A stretch of DNA of 63,936 bases, counting the filler, from Lenisia limosa (lineage: Eukaryota > Protista > Breviatea): NCBI GenBank assembly GCA_001655205.1. It is 13 parts of 13 records of this genome, joined end to end, with 100 filler letters (N's around TTAATTAATTAA, not from the genome) between each part and the next. Parts side by side here need not be neighbours in the genome. Positions count along the whole stretch, not along the records: positions 31,162 to 35,438 come from LPNZ01001411.1; positions 35,539 to 38,466 come from LPNZ01001897.1; positions 38,567 to 39,898 come from LPNZ01001647.1; positions 39,999 to 42,137 come from LPNZ01001198.1; positions 42,238 to 50,607 come from LPNZ01006162.1; 8 more parts are not named here. The stretch is one strand, 5' to 3'. A program made the position numbers and the translations under genes. The notes below the pieces were generated by a model that did no database searches, had not been told where the DNA came from, and saw only the letters and a list, made by a program, of their open reading frames with translations. This document shows positions 32,627 through 43,417 of this stretch, piece after piece (the first letter of the stretch is position 1; each line of letters starts with the position of its first letter).

Positions 32627-35424
32627 ATGAGTGACGACGACGGGGCTTTCGATTTGCTCTGTTCGTCAGCGGAAGATGTACCGGACGGTGACGCTGCGTT
32701 TGGCTTGGACCCTTCTGTGAACGAAAGCGATGANNNNNNNNNNNNNNNNNNNNNNNNNNNNNNNNNNNNNNNNNNNNNNNNNNNNNNNNNNNNNNNNNNN
32801 NNNNNNNNNNNNNNNNNNNNNNNNNNNNNNNNNNNNNNNNNCGTGTTAATGTGGTTTGGGTTTGTGTTTAGAATGTTTAGGGGGGGTATTTCTCTCAAAA
32901 TTGAAAGTTATACATCCTCAGACACTGAGCAACCCCCATGTTCAGAAAGCCCTAATGAATCCGTACCAGACAAAGCTTCCCAGCCCTGTCCCAACTCCCA
33001 GCCCAGCCCGGGTCAAAGGTATACAAAGAGGGCAAATCGAATTATTATCAGGCAAGGCAGCTTTATTTCCTTAATTTCCTAGTGTCCCTTCAGCATCGCA
33101 GGACTTTAGCTCGCTTTTCGATGACGATAGTGGTATGTTGGGTTCGCTATGGTCCAACAAAAGACATAATTTTTCGATAAATTTTCGATAAATATCGATA
33201 TTTTACCAGGTGGAAGATTACTTTTCATACAATAGGTGAATGATTAAATTTTGAATTTTTCAGGGAGACATGGTGTAATGGTGTGAATGGCTTCAGTATA
33301 ATAGTCATCAATATCCGTAGCAGACATATTGTATATTTTACATGTCCTTTGGAACCGAAAGCAAAGCTCTTATTGAAACTCTTCTCCTTTGATAAATTGA
33401 CCATCTAGATGAATCCGATTCTGACGCGAGCCCTTTTCCCTCCCAGCCATCTCAAATTTCCACCCAGACATCTCAAATTTCACCTTCTCCAATTTCCTCT
33501 CCAACCCCCCCTTCCGCCCCAAAAGAAACCTCTTCACCAGCTCCGTCAACAGAATCCATTCTCAATGGTGTGTCGTCGCTAAAGCTTCCCTACGGTCCAA
33601 AGTAAAAATTCGGTCTTTTTTAGGACCGAAGTGAAGCTGGCCATTATTTGATATTGCTAGGCATTCTTCTCGTCATAACTCATGTTGCGAATACAACCTT
33701 GTTTTATTTCTCATCTGTTTTATATCGCGGAAAGCTGTAAAGCAAATGATTGGGTGAATTATATTCTTCGATAATTCATAATCTCGTAAAAGCGTGAGTG
33801 GCCGGCATCGGCCAGATACAGCCTTGTTTTATTTCTTATCTCAGTCTCTTCACATTTAATGTTTAGCAGATCGACCATCACCATCATTGAGTCAAGCAAT
33901 GGACGGTCCCGACATATCATCCCAGGTATGACTTCTTTAAGATCCTTTTTTTTAGCCATCTCCTATTATGAGATTAATAATATGTTATTATATTCGGTCA
34001 ATATCACCGTGTGTGGTGTATCATAATGTTGATCATGAGCTTCATTAAGGTCCGACTAAGTGTTACAATTTCCCCCAAATAAGGAAATGAAACTCGATTG
34101 ACCGATGTATAGGCCTCTCAAATGAACCGAATCTTCACCCAGCCTTCCGAAGTTCCGATATGCGAATCTAAGGTAAGCCGGGTTGTAAATTGGGGTATTG
34201 TAGGCGAGTTCATTACGGTGGATAATTGGGAATCCCATAATTTCTTCAAAACTCCATAAAATTCCATATGATTCCCATGTAAAATATGGGAATTCCCAAG
34301 TTGTTCACAATCATTCCAAGTTGATGCGCCGTGGTGATGTGCAAGACTTAAAGTTGGGAAGGTGTCCCGGATATCGATCAAATTCGATTTGGGGGAGTGG
34401 GTTAATATGTTGTCTCTTCCGATCCGATGAGTTATAACCGTTACATAGTAGATAATAACTGAAGGAATATAATACAAGGACAAACGTATTATATAATGGT
34501 TGCAGCCAGAAAACAGCCTATGAAGGTGGTAGATCAAGATTAGAGATCCGATTGAAAACATTTTCGAGTTGTTAGTCATCATGAATCTAAGATTTCTATT
34601 TTGCTAAGGTTAAAGGAAACGCGCGATGATAAAATGCCAGAATGTGGCAATCGTGACATCTCTGAAGAATAAAATACATAAAATACAAAACTAAACATTG
34701 ACCAAACATACCAATTCTTGAGACTGGGCTCAGCATAAGCACTCTCCGTCTCCCGTTGAACCCTGCAGCAATCATTCTCGGCCCCGCGTGCTGACTCTGT
34801 GCGTCATCTTCATCGCTAGTTGAATCAACACTGATGTCAATTCATCCTTGAGCAAACTTGATCTGAGCTTGAGCTGGCTTATTATGACTCTGTTTCGCCT
34901 TTCCTGTTTTAGGCCTGACATGTTTTGTTGATGATGTGGTCGAGGAGGATGCAGACCTTTGTCCAACCTCTTAGGATACGAAACCGACAGATGCACAGTC
35001 CTCACCAAAATCCCCTGAAATCACAACTTTCTCCGTTTCCAACTCTCCTCTTTCCGTTACTAGGCCTCCTACTGAGCCAAGTTTGGCCGCAAAGAAAGTC
35101 AGATCTTCAAGATCATCAAAGGTGTTCGGTGGTATATAATATATTATTCGTACTCGCTCTACATAGTAGTGTATCATATTTACCAAAATACCTTGTCTGT
35201 TCAAGCTGTTTCTATGGAATACATATCTATTTTCTTGATATTTTGAATAGTATATCTTATGATATCCTGTACATATGATTATTATGTAGAGTTATGTAAT
35301 GTATGTGTTTGCGTTATTTATTATATTATATCATAATATATTTGTATTTATTGCTATATATTTTTCTTGGCTTACTTCGCAGGTGTCCCCTCACTATGAC
35401 TCAATCACTCGTCTTTCTATCAAG
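32627..35424 (+). CDS. Acidic, Ser/Pro-rich low-complexity protein, 5' part, unknown function
   Basis: MSDDDGAFDLLCSS... followed by many AG/GT-bounded exons (for example 33869-33925 and ~34110-34170); no domain recognised. Confidence 0.5.
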
Positions 35425-35438
35425 TGAGGGGGGGGGGG

Positions 35439-35538
35439 NNNNNNNNNNNNNNNNNNNNNNNNNNNNNNNNNNNNNNNNNNNNTTAATTAATTAANNNNNN
35501 NNNNNNNNNNNNNNNNNNNNNNNNNNNNNNNNNNNNNN
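35439..35538. other. Artificial contig spacer
   Basis: N44-TTAATTAATTAA-N44. Confidence 0.97.
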
Positions 35539-35562
35539 TGATGGGGGGGTATAAGTGATGGG

Positions 35563-35642
35563 TAGGGCTTCCCTTCCGTCAAAAAAAGACCGCTAAAGTA
35601 GACTCATCGAGGAGTCCTTTTTGGGACCGTAGGGAAGCCCTG
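35563..35642. mobile_element. hAT-type MITE
   Basis: TAGGGCTTCCCTTCCGTC/GACCGTAGGGAAGCCCTG; TSD GTGATGGG/GTAATGGG. Confidence 0.85.
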
Positions 35643-35662
35643 GTAATGGGTGCTGGCGATAC

Positions 35663-38251
35663 CTGAGGAGGTTCTTGGCTTCCAAGTCGGCTGATTTCAG
35701 CATGAAGTCCAGGGTGAAGACATGGGTGGCAATGTTACCTGTAATATTTATGAATACCATATATCATAATGTACATATTAATATGAATGTATATAATATA
35801 GTAACATATCATATGTATGTTCGCTGACCGCGATAAGTCATAACACGGCTATTGAGCTTCAGCTTTGGTCAATCGTGTCAGGACTTATTGCGATCAGTGT
35901 ATGTAATGATGACAACGACTGGCAAAATACTACAGTTATCCTATATTATCAAGGAATAATAAAAATGCGATAGATATCGTATCACAGTAGAGTGTAGCAA
36001 GTCTTGACAGATTTTACTTGGATTTCATAGAGGAAATCGGTGAAGACTTAAAACGGTCACAATACGTCTTCCAAAAGAAACGCAGTCTTGTTTGGCCCCT
36101 GAAACAGTTGAGTCACCAACCTGCTCTGAAAGTCAAACGGCCGTCACTGTCGCGTTGTTCGCACTGAAAAGTCAGTGAAAAAACCAAACCAAAAGAATTC
36201 ACCCTTTTGGCTAAACAGTTGAGAAACACACAAGGAGTCAGACGTATATAGTATATCGATATATAAATAAGGATTCCCTACGGTACCAAAAAAGACTGAA
36301 TTGCTCGATAAATCCTCGATAAATATCGATATTTGACCAGTCTTTTTCGGACCGTTGGGAAGCCCTAGGCTTAGGGCTTTTCAACCAACAGTCCGAAAAA
36401 GACCAGTGTCAAGGATTTATCGGGAGATTCACTCTTTTATGGAACCATGTGTAGAGCTTTTCGATTCGAAAAAGACTGCTGAAATATCGATAGATTTCGA
36501 GGGGTTATCAAGAAATTCAGTCTTTTTCGAACCGAAGTGAAGCCCTAACCACAGGGTATTCCTCACTATGGACACCCAAAATCTCCCCAGACATATGGGG
36601 AGAACAGGGTGCGTATTCTCATTCATACTCATCTCACTTGCTACATAAAGCCCAACCTATACATTAATAACAATAACATTAATAACATTAATAACATTAT
36701 GCAACAAGTAGGAGTTCCCTACGGTCTCAAAAAAGACCGAATACCTCGATAAATCCTCGATAAATATTTCTGTCTTTATGTTCGGAACGTAGGGAAGCCC
36801 TAACAACAAAAGTAATAACTATGTCCTAACAACAAGTAACAACTATGTCCTAACAACAAGTAATAACTATGTCCCCCCCCCCCCCNNNNNNNNNNNNNNN
36901 NNNNNNNNNNNNNNNNNNNNNNNNNNNNNNNNNNNNNNNNNNCGTCGACTCGACAAACAATACCAACACGTTCGTCAGGCCTCTCCTACTGCGTAAACAA
37001 AGAGGTTGAAGGACTGTAGCGAACAAGCTCAATTTTTTTTTAAAAAAAATGCTGCATGAAAATCAGAACTACAGAAGAGTATCCACTAGTACAGAAAACA
37101 ACAGAGCGTCGCAATGGGATAAACTCATCAAAAGGGCTCTCCTTACTTATTTGAAAACACAATAAATCGAAAGCCCGAAAAAAAACGCAAATCCTCCACT
37201 GATATCTCTCATTGGGAAGCCCTTCCAAAAACAAACAGACGGGGTTGAAAACAATAAACCATAAGCCCAGGGGGGAAACGAAGGAAAATTTGACAATGAA
37301 CATAGTTGTAAATACAACACCAAAGCATCACATGTACAACACACCTTAGGAACAACCATGCATCCGACTTCAGCTTTTTGGTCCATGGTGTACCCAATCA
37401 GAGCTGGGTCCGCGGGCTTGGCGAGGAGATTGTCAACTCCATAAACGTACACGTGTGTCACACCTCGCTTCTTCAGTTCAGCCAAAACACCCGTGCGTTG
37501 GGCAGCTAGCTCATGAGTACAGGGGTTGTAGGGTCTAGTAATATCGATGTTTATCAATAGGCTAAGATCACATGAGATGATCGGAACCTTGAATTCAACT
37601 CTAAATTTGGATGGCGGTTGTTTTTCGTTCTGTTAAATTTGGATACGATAAAATCAGTCACATAGGAAAATAACAGGCACTCATATATTAGATATAAAAC
37701 TGCTAAATACCCACGGCCATCTTACATCTGTAAACTGAACCGTTTCCATCAGGGGCAGTAGAGATCTATAATATTGAAATAAGACACCAATTCCCAATCC
37801 ACGAATACTTACAGTATTAATGCCACTACCCTTCTCTATAGTTTTGTAAATACTTGATCCACCTTTTTATTTCAAAAATTTAATAATTACCCCCTCAGCC
37901 ACAGAGTTGATTTCGGCTTTTTTGTTTCAGAAATTTTCCAATTTTACTCCCCCATGCATTATTTCAATTTTACTCCCCCATGCTTTATTTCAATTTTACT
38001 CCCCCATGCTTTATTTCAATTTTACTCCCCCATGCTTTATTCCAATTTTACTCCCCCCTCATGCTTTATTCCTGATTAGGAAACTAGATGGGCAAAGGTA
38101 CACTATACCTTATCACATATATATAATACATATCATATATGGGTTAATACTGTTTGAAAGACCCACAGTAGCCTTGTCATTCATGATGATCTTGCAGTCG
38201 CTGTCCACACAAGGAAGCCATGATTGCTGGAAAAACAGAACGTTCTCTTTT
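35663..38251 (-). CDS. UAP1: UDP-N-acetylglucosamine pyrophosphorylase, internal fragment
   Basis: KENVLFFQQSWLPC, ISTAPDGNGSVY, GVLAELKKRGVTHVYVYGVDNLLAKPADPALIG...VVPK, PDERVGIVCRVD, RDSDGRLTFRA|GNIATHVF. Confidence 0.9.
35823..35899. mobile_element. Tc1/mariner-type MITE (CAGTGACC family)
   Basis: GCTGACCGCGATAAGTC...GACTTATTGCGATCAGTG|TA. Further copies at ~35998-36062, 38404-38466 and 41641-41689. Confidence 0.6.
36268..36802. mobile_element. Cluster of four hAT-type MITEs in a UAP1 intron
   Basis: Copies at 36268-36367, 36372-~36448, 36452-36547 and 36709-36802 (last TSD GCAACAAG/ACAACAAA). Confidence 0.85.
37899..38070 (+). repeat. Element X 3' part followed by a five-copy tandem expansion of its tail
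   Basis: CAGCCACAGAGTTGATTTCGGCTTTTTTGTTTCAGAAATTTTC, then about five copies of the 26-mer CAATTTTACTCCCCCATGCTTTATTT. Confidence 0.85.
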
Positions 38252-38466
38252 CTGGACGAATAAAACAGTGGCAAATCCGGATACAAAATAATAAAAATAA
38301 CAATATAATAGTCACTGTATATTCAAGCTAAAAATGATTAACCATACTAATATGCCTTTTTATTATATTGCAATCGGATAGTTTAATTACAAAAAAAACG
38401 GAACCGGGATAAGTCTTCACCGATTTTCCTTGGGAAATCACGTTGCAAATCGGTCACGACTTATCC

Positions 38467-38566
38467 NNNNNNNNNNNNNNNNNNNNNNNNNNNNNNNNNN
38501 NNNNNNNNNNTTAATTAATTAANNNNNNNNNNNNNNNNNNNNNNNNNNNNNNNNNNNNNNNNNNNN
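38467..38566. other. Artificial contig spacer
   Basis: N44-TTAATTAATTAA-N44. Confidence 0.97.
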
Positions 38567-38875
38567 CCCCCCTTCAACTCAATTCATATTTGAGTTGATA
38601 ATCCGTACCAAAAGAGAAACCCCGTTTAACCGGTTACAGTTTCATCCACTACGGCGCCATCTGCGGCCGAATCCGAAATGGTATGCCACTTTTGAAACTA
38701 GTTACAAGGGGCCCTTGATCCAAATTTAAAATATTCCTTTTGATAATCATATTCCGATATGGTGACCTTTAACATGTCTGCATAGCTATGCTTTTACAAT
38801 TTACCATAAAGTTGTTTGCTTTAATAGTACAACTACTATAATTCACAACAAAAGGACGAAACATCGCGTCTCAAG

Positions 38876-39860
38876 GATGAATTGGAAGCGGTTGTGAAAG
38901 GCAGAGAAAGGGAGAAGACCAACTTCCAATCTGAGATCGCAAGGTTGCTGGAGGGGATTTTAAACATGTCTTCCCATTCTGCCTGCTATGTTTTTTTTAT
39001 TCTTTTAGATTGCAAAACACTGTCAAAAAGCTGGCTAAAAAGCGGTAGGAAGGATATCTTCAATCATGTAAAAGAGTGAAATAATTGTTTTCTTCAAATA
39101 ACTTAATTCTCCTCCATTGGTTTTAGATAAGTTATTTTTAGGCTGTTTCATCATCCCTTTACACACATGAGGATAATTAATCAACTATTCAGAGATGAAG
39201 CTCCAGTTGAAAGAATTACATCGTGGATGACAACTCGCGAAATGAATGTAAGCGTGGGAATCGAATGACAGACGCAGCAAGTATCAACCTGGCTTGCATA
39301 GTTTAGGAGGGGGGTTCTAACAACATACTATGTAGAGAGGAAATAACAATAGAGGAGCCGCTCTCAGTCATTTGCTTAACAGGGGCCTTTTCTGTTCCAT
39401 ACATTCCGCGATGAAGGGCGTTGACTCACCCTATAGTCCGAACACATGGCTGGTGAAATCCGCGAGCTGAAAGACCGGCTCGTTTCTGCCCAGGCTGCAC
39501 GGGACAAATTTAAGACAAAAGTATGAAAAACGACATCTCATTTCTGACTGTATTCATTATCGGCAATTGAACTTAATTTGAAATCTCCTCCCCCATTACT
39601 CCGTTTCTTAATTCATTTGTGTCAATGCCCAAGTATCATTTTATCCAGTTTGTCCTTTATTTGTTGCAATCCTCACTACACCCCCTTAACCCAAATTAAC
39701 GTCCAAGGCCCAGCAACTCGAAGAAGACTCCGCGCGCACTGAGCGCTGTTACGCCATGCTGAAGTCGGCGGTGGATACTGCCGATCTTTTGGGCAGGGAG
39801 AAGAAGGAGCAGAAATCCACAATGATTGCTCAGATGGGGGAGGAGGTGGCCAAGATGAAG
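38876..39860 (+). CDS. Coiled-coil protein, internal fragment
   Basis: Exons DELEAVVKGREREKTNFQSEIAR, SEHMAGEIRELKDRLVSAQAARDKFKTK and AQQLEEDSARTERCYAMLKS...EVAKMK with canonical junctions. Confidence 0.55.
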
Positions 39861-39898
39861 GTTGGCTTAGTCATAATATGTTCTATGCTTTTCAAAAC

Positions 39899-39998
39899 NN
39901 NNNNNNNNNNNNNNNNNNNNNNNNNNNNNNNNNNNNNNNNNNTTAATTAATTAANNNNNNNNNNNNNNNNNNNNNNNNNNNNNNNNNNNNNNNNNNNN
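39899..39998. other. Artificial contig spacer
   Basis: N44-TTAATTAATTAA-N44. Confidence 0.97.
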
Positions 39999-40317
39999 GA
40001 TCACACTGCTGCTGTCGAAAGATCGGCAATAAGAGCATGCATGAGGAGGAAGACTGCAACATAAGAAACATAATTAACCCCAAGGGACTTACGCCATAGG
40101 AGGCATTAACTGATCATAAGGCTGTTCTTCAATGGAGAGGCCTGGAAGAGTAAGAGATTGCGAAGACACTGAGATCTTACCAACCTTGAAGCATATCCGT
40201 GAGAGAGTCTCCCAATGCAAGGCGAGCAGCTTCACCAAACTCATCTCCCTGGGTCTGGGTTTGTGTTTGCTCTTGGGTGACAAAAGGGTCCACGAAAGAT
40301 AGACCTGTGTCTCCCAT
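39999..40317 (-). CDS. UPF1: Regulator of nonsense transcripts 1, 5' end
   Basis: MGDTGLSFVDPFVTQEQTQTQTQ...|LSIEEQPYDQLMPPMA|LPPHACSYCRSFDSSSVI matches the start of the UPF1 CH domain (LPxHACxYC) and its Q/T-rich leader. Confidence 0.75.
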
Positions 40318-40470
40318 TTTGACTTCCTTAGTAACAAGCACTTATAATACGATCTGAATAACCAATAATAACCAAAAAAGGAGTGAAAATGGAATTTTCC
40401 ACATATATAGCCCTGCGCCGCCGATAGGCCTTTTTTAAGCGGAATTTCCCAGCCGAAATCGTCTTTTACA

Positions 40471-42068
40471 ATGACTACTGCTCCCAAAGATAGCTCTATG
40501 AGCGATGAAAAGAAACTTTCTAAGAAAGTTGAAAAAATGAAGGTCGCTCCTCCTCCCAAGCGCAAGCTTCCTGCATATCTTAAGGAGCGCGAAGACACCT
40601 GGAATACCTTAAAGGCAAAGTTCGACTCTGAGACCCAAGGTACATGAGGTTTTCTTCTCCGCAAAGCCCTTCCTATTGTTTTCTTTGCTCTAAACAACTG
40701 TAGCTAAGGAGCACGTTCCTATCAAGGTGACCCTTCCCACTGGAGACGTCAAAGAAGGCCTTTCCTTCGTGACTACTCCGATGGACATTGCCAATGGCAT
40801 TGCCCCTGCCCTTGCTCAGAACGCTGTTGTTGCCCAGGTAGGTGATCGTGGAAAGACACGGAATTGATTATAGTCGTTTGAGGGAGACATAAGGGGTAAC
40901 TTGTGAAATTCAACCCAATACAGATTATTCGAGATTGTTACTCGAATGTTCTCTTGATTATTTTTACCATGCCTCCCATCCGAAATTCAAATAATACCAT
41001 CAATGCAAACTTTTTCCATTCCGTTTGCCATGTTCAATTTCTTTTCTCTTATTTCTCTTCGGTTCATTGGTGCCTTTGTTTTTGAATTGCATCTTCTTCA
41101 TTTGACACACACCCGCCAGGTCAACGGATCTCTTTGGGACATGACTCGCCCATTTGAGGGAGACGCCGATCTTGTGATCTTCAAGGCTGATGCTCCTGAG
41201 GCCAAGGAAGTCTTCCGCCACAGTGGGTCTGGGTGGCCTTCCCCCCAATTTTGTGCTTTTTTTTTTTTCATAAATTGTCCGATTTTACTCCCCTAGGTCT
41301 CTTTTTCATATTGTTAGTACTTTATTAGCCTTATTAATATTTATTACTCTTAGGTTCTGCTCACGCCATGGGACAGTGCATGGAGCTTCTTTTTGATGGT
41401 GAACTCTGTATCGGCCCCGCTCTTGATGAGGGCTTCTATTATGAAATGTTCATGGACGAGAAGTTGGCTGGGAAATTGCATAGGAATGAGTATTGTCATT
41501 GGGTCTTAAAAACCTACAATTATAAATTCTAATAGCGTCTTAAGAAACAGTGGGATCACGCCTGTCAGATAACAACAAAACCCAGAATAGTTCATTGATC
41601 GAATACTATGATAGAATAATGTCAATCGATATAGTATGGTAACCATGGTAAGTCTTGACCAATATAATTAAGATTTATCACGGTCAGTGTATTGTACTTT
41701 CGACAAATCATATAATACCTATTGTTTTTATATCAAAAAGAGCGCCAAATTTTTACCCCCATTAGCAAGGTGGTCGAATCAGATTACAGCACTATTGAGA
41801 GCGAGTTCAACAAAATTATCAAGGCAAAGCAGGTGGGTGTTTATCATTTGTCGATATTGCATCAAGCAAAGTCATAGTATATCGATATCATATTTATACA
41901 TACTTGCAGCTGCTATATATTACATACATATGATATGATATATTAAATAGAGTATATGATATCATAGCAAATATATTTTATTGTTTGTAGTTTGTACATT
42001 TATAATATCACCTTCAAGGTCTTCGAACGCATTGTTGTTTCCCGTGAGGAAGCCAAGGATCTTTTCAG
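40471..42068 (+). CDS. TARS1: Cytosolic threonyl-tRNA synthetase, 5' part (TGS and editing-domain start)
   Basis: IKVTLPTGDVKEG...TTPMDIANGI...AVVAQ|VNGSLWDMTRPFEGD...EAKEVFRHS|SAHAMGQCME...CIGPALDEGFYYEM...KVFERIVVSREEAKDLF. Confidence 0.95.
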
Positions 42069-42137
42069 GTATACAAGCTGGGTTGGCAGTATCCCTCCGA
42101 GGAATCAATTTCAGTAGAACGCTAGTTTTACCCATTT

Positions 42138-42237
42138 NNNNNNNNNNNNNNNNNNNNNNNNNNNNNNNNNNNNNNNNNNNNTTAATTAATTAANNNNNNN
42201 NNNNNNNNNNNNNNNNNNNNNNNNNNNNNNNNNNNNN
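42138..42237. other. Artificial contig spacer
   Basis: N44-TTAATTAATTAA-N44. Confidence 0.97.
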
Positions 42238-42329
42238 CGTCCTTCTTCGTGTCCCTCGTCTCCTCCCCCGTCCCTGCAGCTATCTCCATATTCGCAAGAA
42301 AGGTGGGCAAGGGGATCATGATGGGATTA

Positions 42330-42422
42330 CGATGATCAAAGGGCTGTAGATCTAGGGATTATGATTAAGGGGCTGTGGATCTTGGGATTATGACGGGCAA
42401 AGGGCTGTAGATCTAAGGATCA
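42330..42422. repeat. ~30-bp tandem repeat, three copies
   Basis: Units resembling AAGGGCTGTAGATCTAGGGATTATGA. Confidence 0.8.
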
Positions 42423-42513
42423 TGATAGCTATTTTGGAAAGTTCGTTATTTTTGTCGTATTTGAAATGATCATATAGCCCTGTTCATAGCATCAACCCAA
42501 TTTACGATATTAG

Positions 42514-43417
42514 GCTATTTGGTCGGGTATGACCACGGAGGAGTACCAGCACATCTTCAGCCTTCTTTATCCCGAAAAGAAGAAGTTTGTGGTAAGCTGT
42601 GGTCTAAAAACAAATACGAGAAATTCTCGAGAAATAGGTCTATTTTACTAGTCTTGTGAACTGATGACTGCTAGCCTTTGGCTCGACATATCCTTTGAAT
42701 GTATTCATTATTTGATTCTCTTTTCACCATAATCGGTATCCTTGTTATGTATAAATGATAGCTTTCTAGCTTTTCTGAAGGGTTTATTTGAGTGTCTGGT
42801 TCAAATTGAGCTTTACAAGCAAAATCCGTCCCTCACGCATCAGCCATATTCCACGCGCACGCGCACAATAGCGATCATGTGCGCAGTACTTACCGCCATT
42901 ATTGCGTCCGTGCTCACCGTGGCATATGGAATTAAATTTGGAGATGCTGCCGCTTCTCTGTGGGGAGGGGGTTGGAAAGCAACTACTATTTACCCAATAT
43001 GGAGAAAGGATCACACACAGTGACAGAGATAAGTCTTAACAAATTTGATACATAATTTCTAGTGCTTCACTTCGGTTCGAAAAAAGACTGAAATTCTCGA
43101 TAAATCCTCGAAAACTATCGATATATTCCCGAACCGAAGTGAAGCCTTACTAATTTCCCAAGGAAAATAGGTCAAGACTTTTCCTGGCCCTTGAATTATG
43201 TAATCCCTTCTCGGTGCTTGGTGGGTGAACTACTTACTCCCCCCCCCCCCCNNNNNNNNNNNNNNNNNNNNNNNNNNNNNNNNNNNNNNNNNNNNNNNNN
43301 NNNNNNNNNNNNNNNNNNNNNNNCATCGAACCGGTACAGATCCTGTGCTCCACGTGGCTCGCCTTGGTTGCGGGTGATCTTTGCGGCGAGATCATGGCCG
43401 AGCTTCTTGAGTTTTAG
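42514..43417 (+). CDS. Polycystin-1/REJ-like membrane segment, 3' end of a gene
   Basis: AIMCAVLTAIIASVLTVAYGIKFGDAAASL and IEPVQILCSTWLALV...* recall the PKD1-like YG+.F...W...+EP+K++ pattern. Confidence 0.5.
43018..43195. mobile_element. Tc1/mariner-type MITE interrupted by an hAT-type MITE (43060-43149)
   Basis: Left arm CAGTGACAGAGATAAGTCTT, right arm CCAAGGAAAATAGGTCAAGACTT; the inner hAT copy has TSD ATAATTTC/CTAATTTC. Confidence 0.75.

Noticed and set aside
34056-34238. ORF with LRGLYIGQS as a GIY-YIG or Penelope endonuclease
   Set aside because: It lies antisense to well-bounded plus-strand exons, lacks the downstream R/E/N motifs and has no RT nearby.
36268-36547. Adjacent palindromic repeats as a CRISPR or REP array
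   Set aside because: The context is a eukaryotic intron, the units are ~95-bp TIR elements without regular spacers, and there are no cas genes.
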